From the NCBI GenBank assembly GCA_026196495.1, contig JAPHSY010000024.1:7604-71603 (forward strand): a stretch of 64,000 nt of DNA. Direction: 5' to 3'. The stretch comes from Magnetovibrio sp. (GTDB lineage: Bacteria > Pseudomonadota > Alphaproteobacteria > Rhodospirillales > Magnetovibrionaceae). This document shows, piece after piece, positions 9,496 to 19,408 of this stretch. A program made the translations under genes and the position numbers. Position 1 is the stretch's first letter, and every line of letters starts with the position of its first letter. The notes beneath the pieces were generated by a model. It was not told the origin of the DNA, made no database searches, and saw only the letters and a list, made by a program, of their open reading frames with translations.

Positions 9496-10569
9496 ATGCA
9501 TGTGACATTACGACAGTTAGAAGCCTTTGCCGCCGTTTCACGGCACCTAAGCTTTACCCGTGCGGCGGAAGAATTAAATCTTACACAGCCTGCAGTTTCT
9601 ATGCAGATCAAACAGTTGGAAGGCCAAGTCGGGCAATCTTTGTTTGAGCACATGGGCAAAAAAATCTTTCTGACTGAAGCGGGCCGTGAAGTTCGCCAAT
9701 ATGCACGCAATGTCTTACAGCAAGTTGATGACATGGAAGCGGGACTCGCCAGCCTCAAAGGTCTAGAGCGTGGTAGCCTGAGTATTTCGGTGGCAACAAC
9801 CGCCCACTACTTTGCACCAAAGCTTTTGAGCATTTTTTGTGAACGCTATCCCGGTGTGAATGTAAAGTTGGATGTGACCAATCGCGAATCGCTGGTGAGC
9901 CAGCTCGAAAATAACACTGTCGATATGGTCATTATGGGGCGTCCCCCAGAAGAAGTAGATGTGGAAGCCGGAATCTTTATGGAGAATCCGTTGGTCATGA
10001 TTGCTCCCGCAGATCACCCTTTCACGCGAGAACGTTCCATTCAGCTCAAACGATTAGAAAATGAAACTTTTTTGGTGCGTGAAGAAGGCTCTGGTACCCG
10101 TAAAGCCATGGAGGTATTTTTCGAACAGCATGGCATCAATATGTCGACGGGTATGGAGGTCAGTTCTGACGAAGCCATCAAACGGAGCGTTCAAGCGGGC
10201 TTAGGATTGGGCATTATGAGCCGTGATGCAGTTCAGAATGAGCTTCAGTTAAATCACCTAAGCATCCCTGATATATTGCATTTTCCGATTATGCGACATT
10301 GGTATGTGATGCATCGTAAAGGCAAACGTCTGTCACCTATTGGTCAAGTCTTCAAAGATTTCTTGTTAGAAGAAGCTGCAGTAATCCTCAACAAAGAGAC
10401 GGTTGCAAAAACTGCTCCTGAGACGGCAATTCCAAAGCAAGAAACTGCTTATAATGGACCCAAAACGGACGCCTTTGCGCAAGAAAGGCCCGCTTATGCC
10501 CCGGCAAAACCAACAACTGTATTGATTGGTGCCGATGGCAAACCTATCCCGCCAGCCCCCAGAAAATAG
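9496..10569 (+). CDS. cbbR: LysR-family regulator CbbR, with a low-complexity C-terminal tail
   Basis: MHVTLRQL..F.AV....SFTRAAEELNLTQPAVSMQIKQLE HTH; REEGSGTR; divergent from cbbM. Confidence 0.93.
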   Translation: MHVTLRQLEAFAAVSRHLSFTRAAEELNLTQPAVSMQIKQLEGQVGQSLFEHMGKKIFLTEAGREVRQYARNVLQQVDDMEAGLASLKGLERGSLSISVATTAHYFAPKLLSIFCERYPGVNVKLDVTNRESLVSQLENNTVDMVIMGRPPEEVDVEAGIFMENPLVMIAPADHPFTRERSIQLKRLENETFLVREEGSGTRKAMEVFFEQHGINMSTGMEVSSDEAIKRSVQAGLGLGIMSRDAVQNELQLNHLSIPDILHFPIMRHWYVMHRKGKRLSPIGQVFKDFLLEEAAVILNKETVAKTAPETAIPKQETAYNGPKTDAFAQERPAYAPAKPTTVLIGADGKPIPPAPRK

Positions 10570-10759
10570 ATATTAAGCTGAGCCATAGGCACCTTAAAAG
10601 GGGTGGCTGTCTTTAGGGAGTATGTCCTCCATCCATGCAACTATATGTATCCATACAGGTTGATCATGGTTGGTGTTCATGTATTTATGGAGCCGTGATA
10701 TGGGAAAAATACATTGAAATATTTAAATATTTTGACAATTGGTGATTATTGGGGGGCAT

Positions 10760-12283
10760 ATGAATAAATTGGCTTTAACGGCGGGGATTGGGGCAGCTTG
10801 GGCTGGAATCAGCATTGGCGGCTATTTTGTTGTCGAACACCAAGTCTACGACACCATAGAAACAACGTTTGAAACCATTCATGAGATTGCGCCAGCAATA
10901 TCCTCTGCCAGTTTTGAGACCATGGATATCGACCTCCTCAACGACAAGGTGGTGATAAAAAATTCAAAGTTTCAATTTGATGCAGGGGAATTTGCCAAAC
11001 GCCAGCCAATGTTTGGGTTGGATATGGAAGTATCCGGTGTGGGTGAACAAACCCAAGAAACCATCATCATCACTGGAGTTTGGGATCTTGTATTTGGTGC
11101 GAAGGAAATTTCAGCACTGAGCATTGAAAATGCTCAGTTCACTGGGGAAACCGTATCGATTACCAAAACCAAAAGAGATGGCAAACCAATCGATGAAAAG
11201 CAAACCATTCAATACAGTGGCGGCTTTGCCTCGGGTGAAGTGCTCAATTTTGATATTTCCAGCATGGGGGAAGCCGTTACGATGGCGCCCTTCGGTGTTC
11301 AGATCGGTCAATATGTTGCCCATGACATTAAGATGAACGTTGATGTGAAGATTGAGAAACCAAAATATGAAGATGGAGATCTTAGAGCCTTTACGGACTG
11401 GACACAGAACATTGAGACTCATGCGGATATCTCAATTTCTGAAATGTCCGGACAAGGCATCACGTCGGCAGCAATTGAGGCAATCCATTACAATGACATA
11501 GCAATGGCTATGTCATTCCCCCTGCTCGACGAAAAATCGTTCAAATCCACAATCGGCCATATTGGGATTGAGGATTTAAAGTTTGAGGGCAATGTCCCGA
11601 CTCAAATGAAATTCAAAGTATCTGAATTCGTTGTTGACCCGAATGATCCTGAAGCTATGGGGTTAATGGCGGCGTTTGGAATTGATGAGCTGAATTTTAA
11701 TTTTGAACTGGGGTATAATACGAATACGGCTGATAATTCCCTTAAAATTAGCCCGATATTGTTTGGGCTCAAAAATGCAGGGACTATTGACCTGAATATC
11801 GGTTTGATCGGTGTTCCTGATTATAGTGTGTTTGAGCGGTTACAAGAGCTTGAAGCCATGCCTCAAGAGACACTTGAACAAGCCTTTGCCATCCAACAAA
11901 AAACCAATGAGCTTATGAAAAATGCGTTTCAAGAGCTTGCTTTGGAAACGGTTTCCGTTGGATATTCTGATGCGGGTGTGTTGAAAAAGTTCTTAGGCAT
12001 GCAGGCGTTGCAAATGAAGGCCGAACCAGAGCAACTGGCGAATATGTTTTCCCGCCAAGGTGCCATGATTTTGGAAGCCACACACGGCGTAGACAAAGCC
12101 GAAGAAGCTCAAAAAATCTTGGCACGTTTCCTGACCGATCCAGATACGTTGCGGGTCAAGCTTCAGGCAAAATCCCCAATCAAAGTATTTGATTTGGTTG
12201 AACAAATTGACGCCCAAGGCCCCATAGCGCTTCAAGCCTTTGATCTTATAATCCATCAAGGGGAAGCGGCTCAAGCCCATTAA
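10760..12283 (+). CDS. Hypothetical membrane-anchored/exported protein (~507 aa)
   Basis: Long ORF, N-terminal hydrophobic segment (LALTAGIGAAWAGISIGGYFVV), followed by a terminator. Confidence 0.75.
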   Translation: MNKLALTAGIGAAWAGISIGGYFVVEHQVYDTIETTFETIHEIAPAISSASFETMDIDLLNDKVVIKNSKFQFDAGEFAKRQPMFGLDMEVSGVGEQTQETIIITGVWDLVFGAKEISALSIENAQFTGETVSITKTKRDGKPIDEKQTIQYSGGFASGEVLNFDISSMGEAVTMAPFGVQIGQYVAHDIKMNVDVKIEKPKYEDGDLRAFTDWTQNIETHADISISEMSGQGITSAAIEAIHYNDIAMAMSFPLLDEKSFKSTIGHIGIEDLKFEGNVPTQMKFKVSEFVVDPNDPEAMGLMAAFGIDELNFNFELGYNTNTADNSLKISPILFGLKNAGTIDLNIGLIGVPDYSVFERLQELEAMPQETLEQAFAIQQKTNELMKNAFQELALETVSVGYSDAGVLKKFLGMQALQMKAEPEQLANMFSRQGAMILEATHGVDKAEEAQKILARFLTDPDTLRVKLQAKSPIKVFDLVEQIDAQGPIALQAFDLIIHQGEAAQAH

Positions 12284-12301
12284 ATTGAAATTCAAACACA
12301 C

Positions 12302-12341
12302 AAAAACAGGGCAGTCTTTGAGGACTGCCCTGTTTGTTTTT
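12302..12341. terminator. Bidirectional intrinsic terminator
   Basis: aaacagggcagtc-tttgag-gactgccctgttt between convergent genes. Confidence 0.85.
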
Positions 12342-12365
12342 ATAGCTTAGAATTGCGGGCCTCGG

Positions 12366-13856
12366 TCATGCCTTTGATGTGTATTTTAATGTGCGTCCAT
12401 CTTTGGGTTTGGTTTCTTCATCCCTGGTGAATGAATAGCCATTTTGAAACAGTGTTTCAAAGGCCTTAACAACCTCGGGATCAAAGTGGTGACCATTGCC
12501 CTTTTTGATGATTTGACGGGCCTTTTCAATTCCCAGTGCAGGTCGGTATGGGCGATGGCACGTTACAGAATCAATAACGTCAGCGACGGAGACAATACGC
12601 GATTCCAACAAGATGTCGTCTTTAGTCAGGCCTTTGGGGTAACCGGAACCGTCTAAACGTTCGTGATGCTCGACAACAATACGTTTGATGGGCTCGAATT
12701 CCAATGATTCCAAGATCTCGTAGCCCGTTTTAGGGTGTTCTTGGATGATGGAATATTCTGCAGATGTTAATTTTGATGGTTTCGTGAGGATGTCGGCAGG
12801 TACGCCTATTTTCCCAATATCATGAATGAGCGCCCCCAAATGCAAGATATTCAACCTATCTTCCGTTAGTCCCATTTCTTTGCCGATGGCAACGGATATT
12901 TTGGCAACCGCTTGTTGGTGGCCCGCAGTATAAGGGTCACGGTGTTCAAGAGTCCGTGACAACGATGATATTGTACCCAAGAGCACATTTTCCAATTTAC
13001 ATTGGAGCTTATCACGTTCCTGCACTGTACGATCAATTTCTGATATTCCGTCCACACTGCGAAAAGTATATGCAAGGTGCTTGGCGAGCATATTGAACAT
13101 ACTCAACTCAAACTTATGAAAATCATTTCGTTTTGTACTGTAGACACGCATTACGGCAACGACACGGCCAGAGACCAAAATGGGTACGGCAATGGTTGAT
13201 CTGATGCCATAAGCTGAAACTTTGTTATACCAGTTTGTATCCAATCGGCTGTTCATCACTTGTGTCTTATGTGAACGAATGGCCATACCTGTGAGGTTTG
13301 TCCCTGATGACCTGGCCCCCCACCCAACATAGCTTCCCTCTATGTATCCAGTGGCGGCACCAGCAGATGCAACAATATTCACTTTTTTATCTGAACCATC
13401 ATCTGGCATGCCCACCCAGACCAAATTGAAATTCGGGCATTGCGCCAATCTGTTGCAGGTATGGTAAAAGATGCTGATTACATCGCTGCATCCCATAATT
13501 CTATCGTCGATCTCGTTGACGACGGACAATGCCATCGTTGCTCTTTTTGCACTGATGGCAAACTTCTTGGATTCGGTTGCTTTGGTGATGACGGATTGTT
13601 GGAGTTTTTCGTGCAAAATGTTGAAGATATACAGCACAAGCCCCAAGAAAATCACACTCTCAATAAGGAAACCTAGTGGTGTTTTGTGATCATCGTGCAA
13701 CTGAAAAAAGTGCAATATGGCATATACAACAACCACGCCACCAAGCATGGCGATGCCATAAGATTTTTTCATCAGTAACTTTGATATTGTTTTGCCGGAT
13801 GCCTGTTTTATCTTTTTCTGCGGTAACCTTTGGGCATGGGTCTGGTACATGATCAC
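12366..13856 (-). CDS. Membrane-bound GAF + HD-GYP c-di-GMP phosphodiesterase
   Basis: Two N-terminal TM helices; GAF (IRSTIAVPILVSGRVVAVM); RDPYTAGH, IHDIGK, HHERLDGSGYP. Confidence 0.92.
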   Translation of the reverse strand: MIMYQTHAQRLPQKKIKQASGKTISKLLMKKSYGIAMLGGVVVVYAILHFFQLHDDHKTPLGFLIESVIFLGLVLYIFNILHEKLQQSVITKATESKKFAISAKRATMALSVVNEIDDRIMGCSDVISIFYHTCNRLAQCPNFNLVWVGMPDDGSDKKVNIVASAGAATGYIEGSYVGWGARSSGTNLTGMAIRSHKTQVMNSRLDTNWYNKVSAYGIRSTIAVPILVSGRVVAVMRVYSTKRNDFHKFELSMFNMLAKHLAYTFRSVDGISEIDRTVQERDKLQCKLENVLLGTISSLSRTLEHRDPYTAGHQQAVAKISVAIGKEMGLTEDRLNILHLGALIHDIGKIGVPADILTKPSKLTSAEYSIIQEHPKTGYEILESLEFEPIKRIVVEHHERLDGSGYPKGLTKDDILLESRIVSVADVIDSVTCHRPYRPALGIEKARQIIKKGNGHHFDPEVVKAFETLFQNGYSFTRDEETKPKDGRTLKYTSKA

Positions 13857-14054
13857 TACTCCTCACAAGAGCAAAAAGTTGCAGGTTCCCCCCTACTTAC
13901 GTGATCGTCTGGCGTACTTTTGATTCGCTCTAATGAAGAGCAGGGCATAGGTGAATGCAATTTTAGCATGTAATTTAATTGGGTACTTCAAAAACCTATT
14001 TCAATATTAATTGAACGCCATTTTTACAAACAATAAATGTAGGTAATGTGTATG

Positions 14055-14085
14055 AAAAAGGGCGATCCAATGGACCGCCCTTTTT
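14055..14085 (-). terminator. Intrinsic terminator after fba
   Basis: aaaaagggcg-atccaatggac-cgcccttttt. Confidence 0.8.
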
Positions 14086-14107
14086 GTTAGATGATTGTGC
14101 TTCGATC

Positions 14108-15172
14108 TTAGTTGACCTTGGCATCCAGCTCGCCAGCTGCATATTTCTCGAACATAACTTCGAGGGACTGGACTTTGATTTTGGATGCCATGCCTGCGGA
14201 ACCGAAAGCTTCGTAACGGTTTTTGCAGATCTCGGTCATGCCTTTGGTGGCCTCGGCCAAGAATTTGCGCGGATCAAAGTTTGCCGGGTTGTCATGCAAG
14301 TGACGACGGATGGAACCCGTAGACGCCATACGCAAGTCAGTGTCGATGTTAACTTTACGTACACCAGACTTGATGCCTTCGACAACTTCGTCCACTGGAA
14401 CACCGTAGGTTTGGGCCATATCACCACCGAAGTCATTGATGATTTTCAGCCAATCTTGCGGCACAGCGGAAGAACCGTGCATAACCAAGTGAACAGACGG
14501 GATACGTGCGTGGATTTCTTTGACACGGTCAATGCGCAGAACTTTGCCGGTAGGTTCAGCGGTGAATTTATAAGCACCGTGGGATGTGCCGATGGCGATT
14601 GCCAGCGCATCCACGTTGGTTTTCTTCACGAAATCAGCAGCTTCGTCCGGATCGGTCAACATTTGATCCATTTCAAGCTTGCCTTCAGCGCCTTGGCCAT
14701 CTTCTTCACCGGCTTCACCGGTTTCCAAAGACCCCAAGCAGCCCAATTCGCCTTCAACAGAAACGCCACAAGCGTGGGCCATGTCGACAACTTGGCGTGT
14801 TGTGGCAACGTTGTATTCATAGGAAGACGGGGTTTTGCCGTCGGCTTCCAAAGAACCGTCCATCATCACTGAGCTAAAGCCAGATTGAATGGAACGCTGA
14901 CACACGTCCGGGGATGCGCCGTGATCTTGGTGCATGCAAACCGGAATGTGCGGATAGGCTTCAATAGCCGCTGAAATCAGGTGACGCAGGAAAACTTCAC
15001 CAGCATAACCGCGGGCGCCTGCGGAACCTTGCAGGATCACAGGGCTGTCGACAGCGTCGGCAGCTTCCATGATGGCTTTCACCTGTTCCATGTTGTTGAC
15101 GTTAAACGCAGGCAGGCCATAGCCGTTTTCTGCTGCGTGGTCGAGAAGCTGGCGCATAGTTACGAGGGCCAT
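14108..15172 (-). CDS. fba: Class II fructose-bisphosphate aldolase (CbbA type)
   Basis: [56 protein letters not shown]. Confidence 0.97.
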   Translation of the reverse strand: MALVTMRQLLDHAAENGYGLPAFNVNNMEQVKAIMEAADAVDSPVILQGSAGARGYAGEVFLRHLISAAIEAYPHIPVCMHQDHGASPDVCQRSIQSGFSSVMMDGSLEADGKTPSSYEYNVATTRQVVDMAHACGVSVEGELGCLGSLETGEAGEEDGQGAEGKLEMDQMLTDPDEAADFVKKTNVDALAIAIGTSHGAYKFTAEPTGKVLRIDRVKEIHARIPSVHLVMHGSSAVPQDWLKIINDFGGDMAQTYGVPVDEVVEGIKSGVRKVNIDTDLRMASTGSIRRHLHDNPANFDPRKFLAEATKGMTEICKNRYEAFGSAGMASKIKVQSLEVMFEKYAAGELDAKVN

Positions 15173-15226
15173 AAATCTCTACTCCCTTTTTAATTATTGG
15201 TTCAATCACACACGTTGAGACTTTGA

Positions 15227-17206
15227 TTACAGGCGCGCTTTGGCTTCTGCAACTACATTCTCTGCGGTGATACCGAAGTGTTTATACAATTCACCAGCCG
15301 GAGCCGATGCGCCAAAGCCTGTCATACCGACAAAGCCGCCATCGGAACCGATGTATTTGTCCCAACCGAAACGCATAGCGGCTTCAACGCCGACCTTGGC
15401 AGTGCCTTCACCTAAGACGGAGGCTTTGTAAGCATCGTCTTGTGCGTCGAACAATTCCCAGCACGGCATGGAGACAACCGCAGTCGGGATACCTTCGCCT
15501 TGCAAGGTATCACGTGCTGCCATGGCAATCTCAACTTCTGAGCCGGTTGCCATCAATGTGACTTTGCGATCTCCACCTTCGGCATCGGCCAAGACGTAAG
15601 CGCCTTTCGCCGATAGGTTTTCGTCGGTGTGTTCAGTGCGCAACGTCGGCAGACCTTGACGGGTCAAAACCAAGCCAGACGGGGTCTTTTCAGATGCCAC
15701 GGCAACAGCCCAACATTCAGCCGTTTCGATAACATCGCACGGACGCATGGTGTTGAGGTTCGGAACCGAACGCAGCATTGCCAGCGTTTCTACCGGTTGG
15801 TGGGTCGGGCCGTCTTCGCCCAAGCCGATGGAATCGTGGGTCAAAACATATGCTGTACGAATTTCCATCAGTGCAGCAAGGCGCATTGCTGGGATCATAT
15901 AGTTGGCAAATACTGCAAACGTACCACCATAAGGAATGAAGCCGCCGTGCAAGGTCATACCGTTCATCACCGCACCCATAGCATGCTCACGCACACCGTA
16001 GTGGATGTAGCGGCCAGAGAAATCTGTGTTGAGCACAGATTCCGTTGACGGGGTTTTGGTCAACACGGAACCGGTCAAGTCAGCGGAACCGCCGATCATT
16101 TCCGGAATGGCTTCGGTTAAGACAGCCAAGGTCTTGCCAGAAGACTGACGCGTCGCCAGTTTCGGAGCTTCCGCTGACATTTCCTTTTTGAAGTTGTTCA
16201 GCGCATCCATCCAGCCTGCGGGCAGCGTGCCGTTATATGTACGGTTGAATTCAGCTTTGGTTGCATCATCCAGCGTATTCAAGCGGCCTTCCCAAGCTTC
16301 ACGGTCGGCAGAGTTCTTGGCCATGGCGGAACGCCAAGCTTCCAGAACGTTTTGCGGAATTTCGAACGCACCGTAGTGCCAGCCGAGACCTTCACGCATA
16401 CCTTTGATTTCTTCTTCGCCCAGCGGTGCACCGTGGGTGTCGTGGGTGCCAGCTTTGGTCGGCGCGCCATAACCGATGGTGGTTTTGCACGCGATCAAGG
16501 TCGGCTTGTCGGAGTTACGCGCTTTTTCGATAGCCGCTTCGATTTCAGCCGGGTTGTGGCCATCAATCTTAATCGTATTCCATTGGGAAGCCTCGAAACG
16601 AGCGCACTGATCATCTGACAGGGTTAGGTTGGTGTTACCGTCAATGCAGATTTCGTTGTCGTCCCACATCACAATCAGCTTGTTCAGCTTCAGGTGACCG
16701 GCCATAGAGATAGCTTCTTGAGAAATACCTTCCATCAAGCAACCGTCGCCTGCGATGACGTAGGTGTAGTGATCGGAAATGTCATCGCCGTAGCGCGCCG
16801 CTTGCATTTTTTCAGCCAACGCCATACCGACGGCGGTGGTGATACCTTGGCCAAGCGGGCCTGTGGTGGTTTCGATGCCGTCAATGTGGCCGTATTCAGG
16901 GTGACCTGCGGTCTTCGCACCCATTTGACGGAAGTTTTTCAGATCATCCAAGGTGATGTCTTCTACACCGCTGAGATACAGCAAGGAATACATCAGCATT
17001 GAGCCGTGGCCAGCTGACAGGACAAAACGATCACGGTCCGCCCAGTTGGTGTGGTGCGGGTCGAACTTCATGAATTTGGTGTACAGAACCGTTGCAACGT
17101 CGGCCATGCCCATAGGCATACCTGGGTGCCCTGAGTTAGCGGCTTGTACCGCGTCGACGGACAAGAAACGGATAGCATTGGCCATTTCGTTATGGGTTGC
17201 GGTCAT
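15227..17206 (-). CDS. tkt: Transketolase
   Basis: SGHPGMPMG, DRFVLSAGHGSM, GDGCLMEG (TPP), HDSIGLGEDGPTHQP. Confidence 0.98.
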   Translation of the reverse strand: MTATHNEMANAIRFLSVDAVQAANSGHPGMPMGMADVATVLYTKFMKFDPHHTNWADRDRFVLSAGHGSMLMYSLLYLSGVEDITLDDLKNFRQMGAKTAGHPEYGHIDGIETTTGPLGQGITTAVGMALAEKMQAARYGDDISDHYTYVIAGDGCLMEGISQEAISMAGHLKLNKLIVMWDDNEICIDGNTNLTLSDDQCARFEASQWNTIKIDGHNPAEIEAAIEKARNSDKPTLIACKTTIGYGAPTKAGTHDTHGAPLGEEEIKGMREGLGWHYGAFEIPQNVLEAWRSAMAKNSADREAWEGRLNTLDDATKAEFNRTYNGTLPAGWMDALNNFKKEMSAEAPKLATRQSSGKTLAVLTEAIPEMIGGSADLTGSVLTKTPSTESVLNTDFSGRYIHYGVREHAMGAVMNGMTLHGGFIPYGGTFAVFANYMIPAMRLAALMEIRTAYVLTHDSIGLGEDGPTHQPVETLAMLRSVPNLNTMRPCDVIETAECWAVAVASEKTPSGLVLTRQGLPTLRTEHTDENLSAKGAYVLADAEGGDRKVTLMATGSEVEIAMAARDTLQGEGIPTAVVSMPCWELFDAQDDAYKASVLGEGTAKVGVEAAMRFGWDKYIGSDGGFVGMTGFGASAPAGELYKHFGITAENVVAEAKARL

Positions 17207-17244
17207 TGGATTATTCCTCCCGTGTTGGGTTTTTTGTTCTTAAA

Positions 17245-18180
17245 TCAAATTGCGTGGTGGCCAAGGGCAGCCTTGACCATGTGATAGGTGATCAGCAGCT
17301 CAGACAGAGCCAAAGGATGGCTAAGCGCTGTGTGGTTTTGTGAATCACGGAACTTTCCGACATTGTCACGCAAGTGCTGCGCTTCGGGGATCAAGTTCCA
17401 AAGTAAATCTTCAACGGCCTTGGCACGTTTGTCCGACAGGTCGCCATGGATGTCCAAGACATCAACAGGTTTGCCGTCAATGTCGCGGGCGAGTTCCAAA
17501 CGAAAGCCTTTCTTAGCTGCGTCCAGCACCGGGGTTAAATCCGGGTGCGGCAGCGTTGGGCGCAAGGTATGGCGGACATTCAAATGTGCGCCTGTTTCGT
17601 CGTGATTGGTTTCCGGCGGGTAGAACGACACCACCATATCCGCAAAGGTACGCTGCGGCATAATGTGATTGAGGCTATCGTCCACACGCTTGTCCAAAAT
17701 CTCATAGACACGATCTTCGGAATAGCCGCGCCTTTGGGTGTCACGCTGCATTTTCCATTTCACCCGCAGCGCTTCTTCAGGCTCTAAGAAGATTTTGACG
17801 TCATAACAATCACGCATTTCGCGGGTTGCATACCCCATAAGGCCTTCAAGGATGATGTATTCTTTGGGTTCGACATACTTACATTGCGAAAAGGTGCCGC
17901 TAACGTGATCGTAGGTGGGCTTAAGGATCGGTTGGCCTTCGCGCAGCAATCCAATATGTTGTTCTAAGATATTGATGTGATTGGCGTCTGGGTTCAAAGC
18001 CGTAATGCCGAGTTTGGCACGTTCTGCTCTATCAAACTTATGGTAATCGTCAGTGCAGATGCTCACAACACGATCTTCACCAAGGATCTCGGCGATACCT
18101 TCGGCAATGGTACTCTTGCCTGACGCGCTGTCGCCGACAATGCCCAGAATAATCGGACGTGTGATACGTTTGAACGGCAT
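17245..18180 (-). CDS. prk: Phosphoribulokinase of the cyanobacterial/plant-like (class II) type
   Basis: GIVGDSASGKST, ICTDDYHKFDR.ER.KLGITALNP.AN, KPTYDH..G, ILEGL, WKMQRD..RG, PQRTFAD resemble cyanobacterial PRK; sits between glpX and tkt. Confidence 0.8.
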   Translation of the reverse strand: MPFKRITRPIILGIVGDSASGKSTIAEGIAEILGEDRVVSICTDDYHKFDRAERAKLGITALNPDANHINILEQHIGLLREGQPILKPTYDHVSGTFSQCKYVEPKEYIILEGLMGYATREMRDCYDVKIFLEPEEALRVKWKMQRDTQRRGYSEDRVYEILDKRVDDSLNHIMPQRTFADMVVSFYPPETNHDETGAHLNVRHTLRPTLPHPDLTPVLDAAKKGFRLELARDIDGKPVDVLDIHGDLSDKRAKAVEDLLWNLIPEAQHLRDNVGKFRDSQNHTALSHPLALSELLITYHMVKAALGHHAI

Positions 18181-18192
18181 TGGGAGGTCTCT

Positions 18193-19173
18193 CTAAGTAT
18201 CTTGGTCTAAGTCGTGCCAACTGGTCAGCAGTTGGCGGGTGGTTTTGTTGGAGCCGGAAATCAGCAGTGATTGTGTGCGCTCAGATGCGCCTTCGCGTTC
18301 AACACCTTCAAACAGCAATCCAGTGGTGATCCCCGTTGCAGTGAAGTGAACGTTGTCTGATTTCACAAGATCGTTAATCCCCATCCATTTGGTGGTATCC
18401 AGTCCAGCCTTGGCTACTGCCGCTTTTTCGGTGGTGAGTTGAGGGTCAATACGCATCAGCAGCTCACCGCCCAAGGCCCGCACAGCTACTGCTGATAGCA
18501 TGCCTTCGCGGGTGCCGCCTGTGCCCATCAAGGCATCAATGCCACTGTCGGGCATAGCCGCCATCAAACCACCTGCAACGTCACCTGCGGGATAGAGCGC
18601 AACCCGTGCGCCAGCGTTGTGGATTTGGTGAACCAGCTCACGATGGCGTGGTTTTTCCAGTACGAACACGGTGAGTTCGGATACGGGTTTGTTCAGAACG
18701 GAAGAAAGCTGACCCAGCTTGACCTGTGTCGGGGCCGTTGGATCGATTTTGCCGCGGGCAGCAGCGGGGGCAGCAAATTTTTCCATGTAAAAGGATGGGC
18801 CCGGATTAAACAGTGCACCTTCTGGGGCCAGTGCCATAACAGCCATGGCATTTGTCATGCCGCGCGCTAGATAGGAAGTGCCTTCAATGGGATCGACAAC
18901 GATATCAAATTTGGTATCGCCGTCATTTCCGCGGTTGAGCTTATAACCTGTGGGGAGGCCGTCAGCTTCACCGCCTTCTTCACCAATAATGACCTGACCC
19001 GAAATCGCAAGTTTATCCAACTCGGCGCGCATAGCGGCAATGGCTGTACTGGTGGTGTTGGAACGCGTGCCCCGCCCCACCTGTGCGGCACCCGCGCGCG
19101 CTGCAGCCTCTGTGACGCGGCACAGGGCGTAAACAAACATCTGATCATCACAGCCGGATACGGCTAAAGTCAT
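18193..19173 (-). CDS. glpX: Class II (GlpX-type) fructose-1,6-/sedoheptulose-1,7-bisphosphatase, divergent
   Basis: RVTEAAA, IIGE, DIVVDPIEGT, FYMEK, KPRH, GDVAG, ATGIT.G.L motifs; start ATG 19173. Confidence 0.85.
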   Translation of the reverse strand: MTLAVSGCDDQMFVYALCRVTEAAARAGAAQVGRGTRSNTTSTAIAAMRAELDKLAISGQVIIGEEGGEADGLPTGYKLNRGNDGDTKFDIVVDPIEGTSYLARGMTNAMAVMALAPEGALFNPGPSFYMEKFAAPAAARGKIDPTAPTQVKLGQLSSVLNKPVSELTVFVLEKPRHRELVHQIHNAGARVALYPAGDVAGGLMAAMPDSGIDALMGTGGTREGMLSAVAVRALGGELLMRIDPQLTTEKAAVAKAGLDTTKWMGINDLVKSDNVHFTATGITTGLLFEGVEREGASERTQSLLISGSNKTTRQLLTSWHDLDQDT

Positions 19174-19324
19174 TGTAGATCCGATCTTAAAACATTGAGG
19201 GAAATAGCCCCGCCTAGAGAAGCAATGAGGCCAATCCCACCCATTCGGGTTTTGGTACGTCACTATGAAACCCTGTGAGGGGAAAGAAGCAAACACCCGG
19301 GTGGGGAGCGGTCTCGTGTCTTTT

Positions 19325-19346
19325 GGGTGGTATTTACCCTACCCGC
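19325..19346. promoter_or_regulatory. GGGTAGG-type motif upstream of the glpX-prk-tkt-fba operon
   Basis: gggtggtatttaccctacccgc; resembles copies at 4473-4485, 20114-20128, 20171-20181 and 20350-20370. Confidence 0.45.
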
Positions 19347-19408
19347 AAGGACGGGCACACATAAGTACTATCTGTTTTAGATTATTATGATATTGAAATT
19401 ACAGAGTT

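Noticed and set aside
10600-10609. GGGGTGGCTG matching the tRNA-His 3' end (possible att site)
   Set aside because: Only 10 bp, no integrase, and the 18 kb between the two positions are coherent metabolic genes
10615-10661. GGGAG followed by a 13-codon ORF (MSSIHATICIHTG) after cbbR
   Set aside because: Too short, with no compositional bias or context suggesting function
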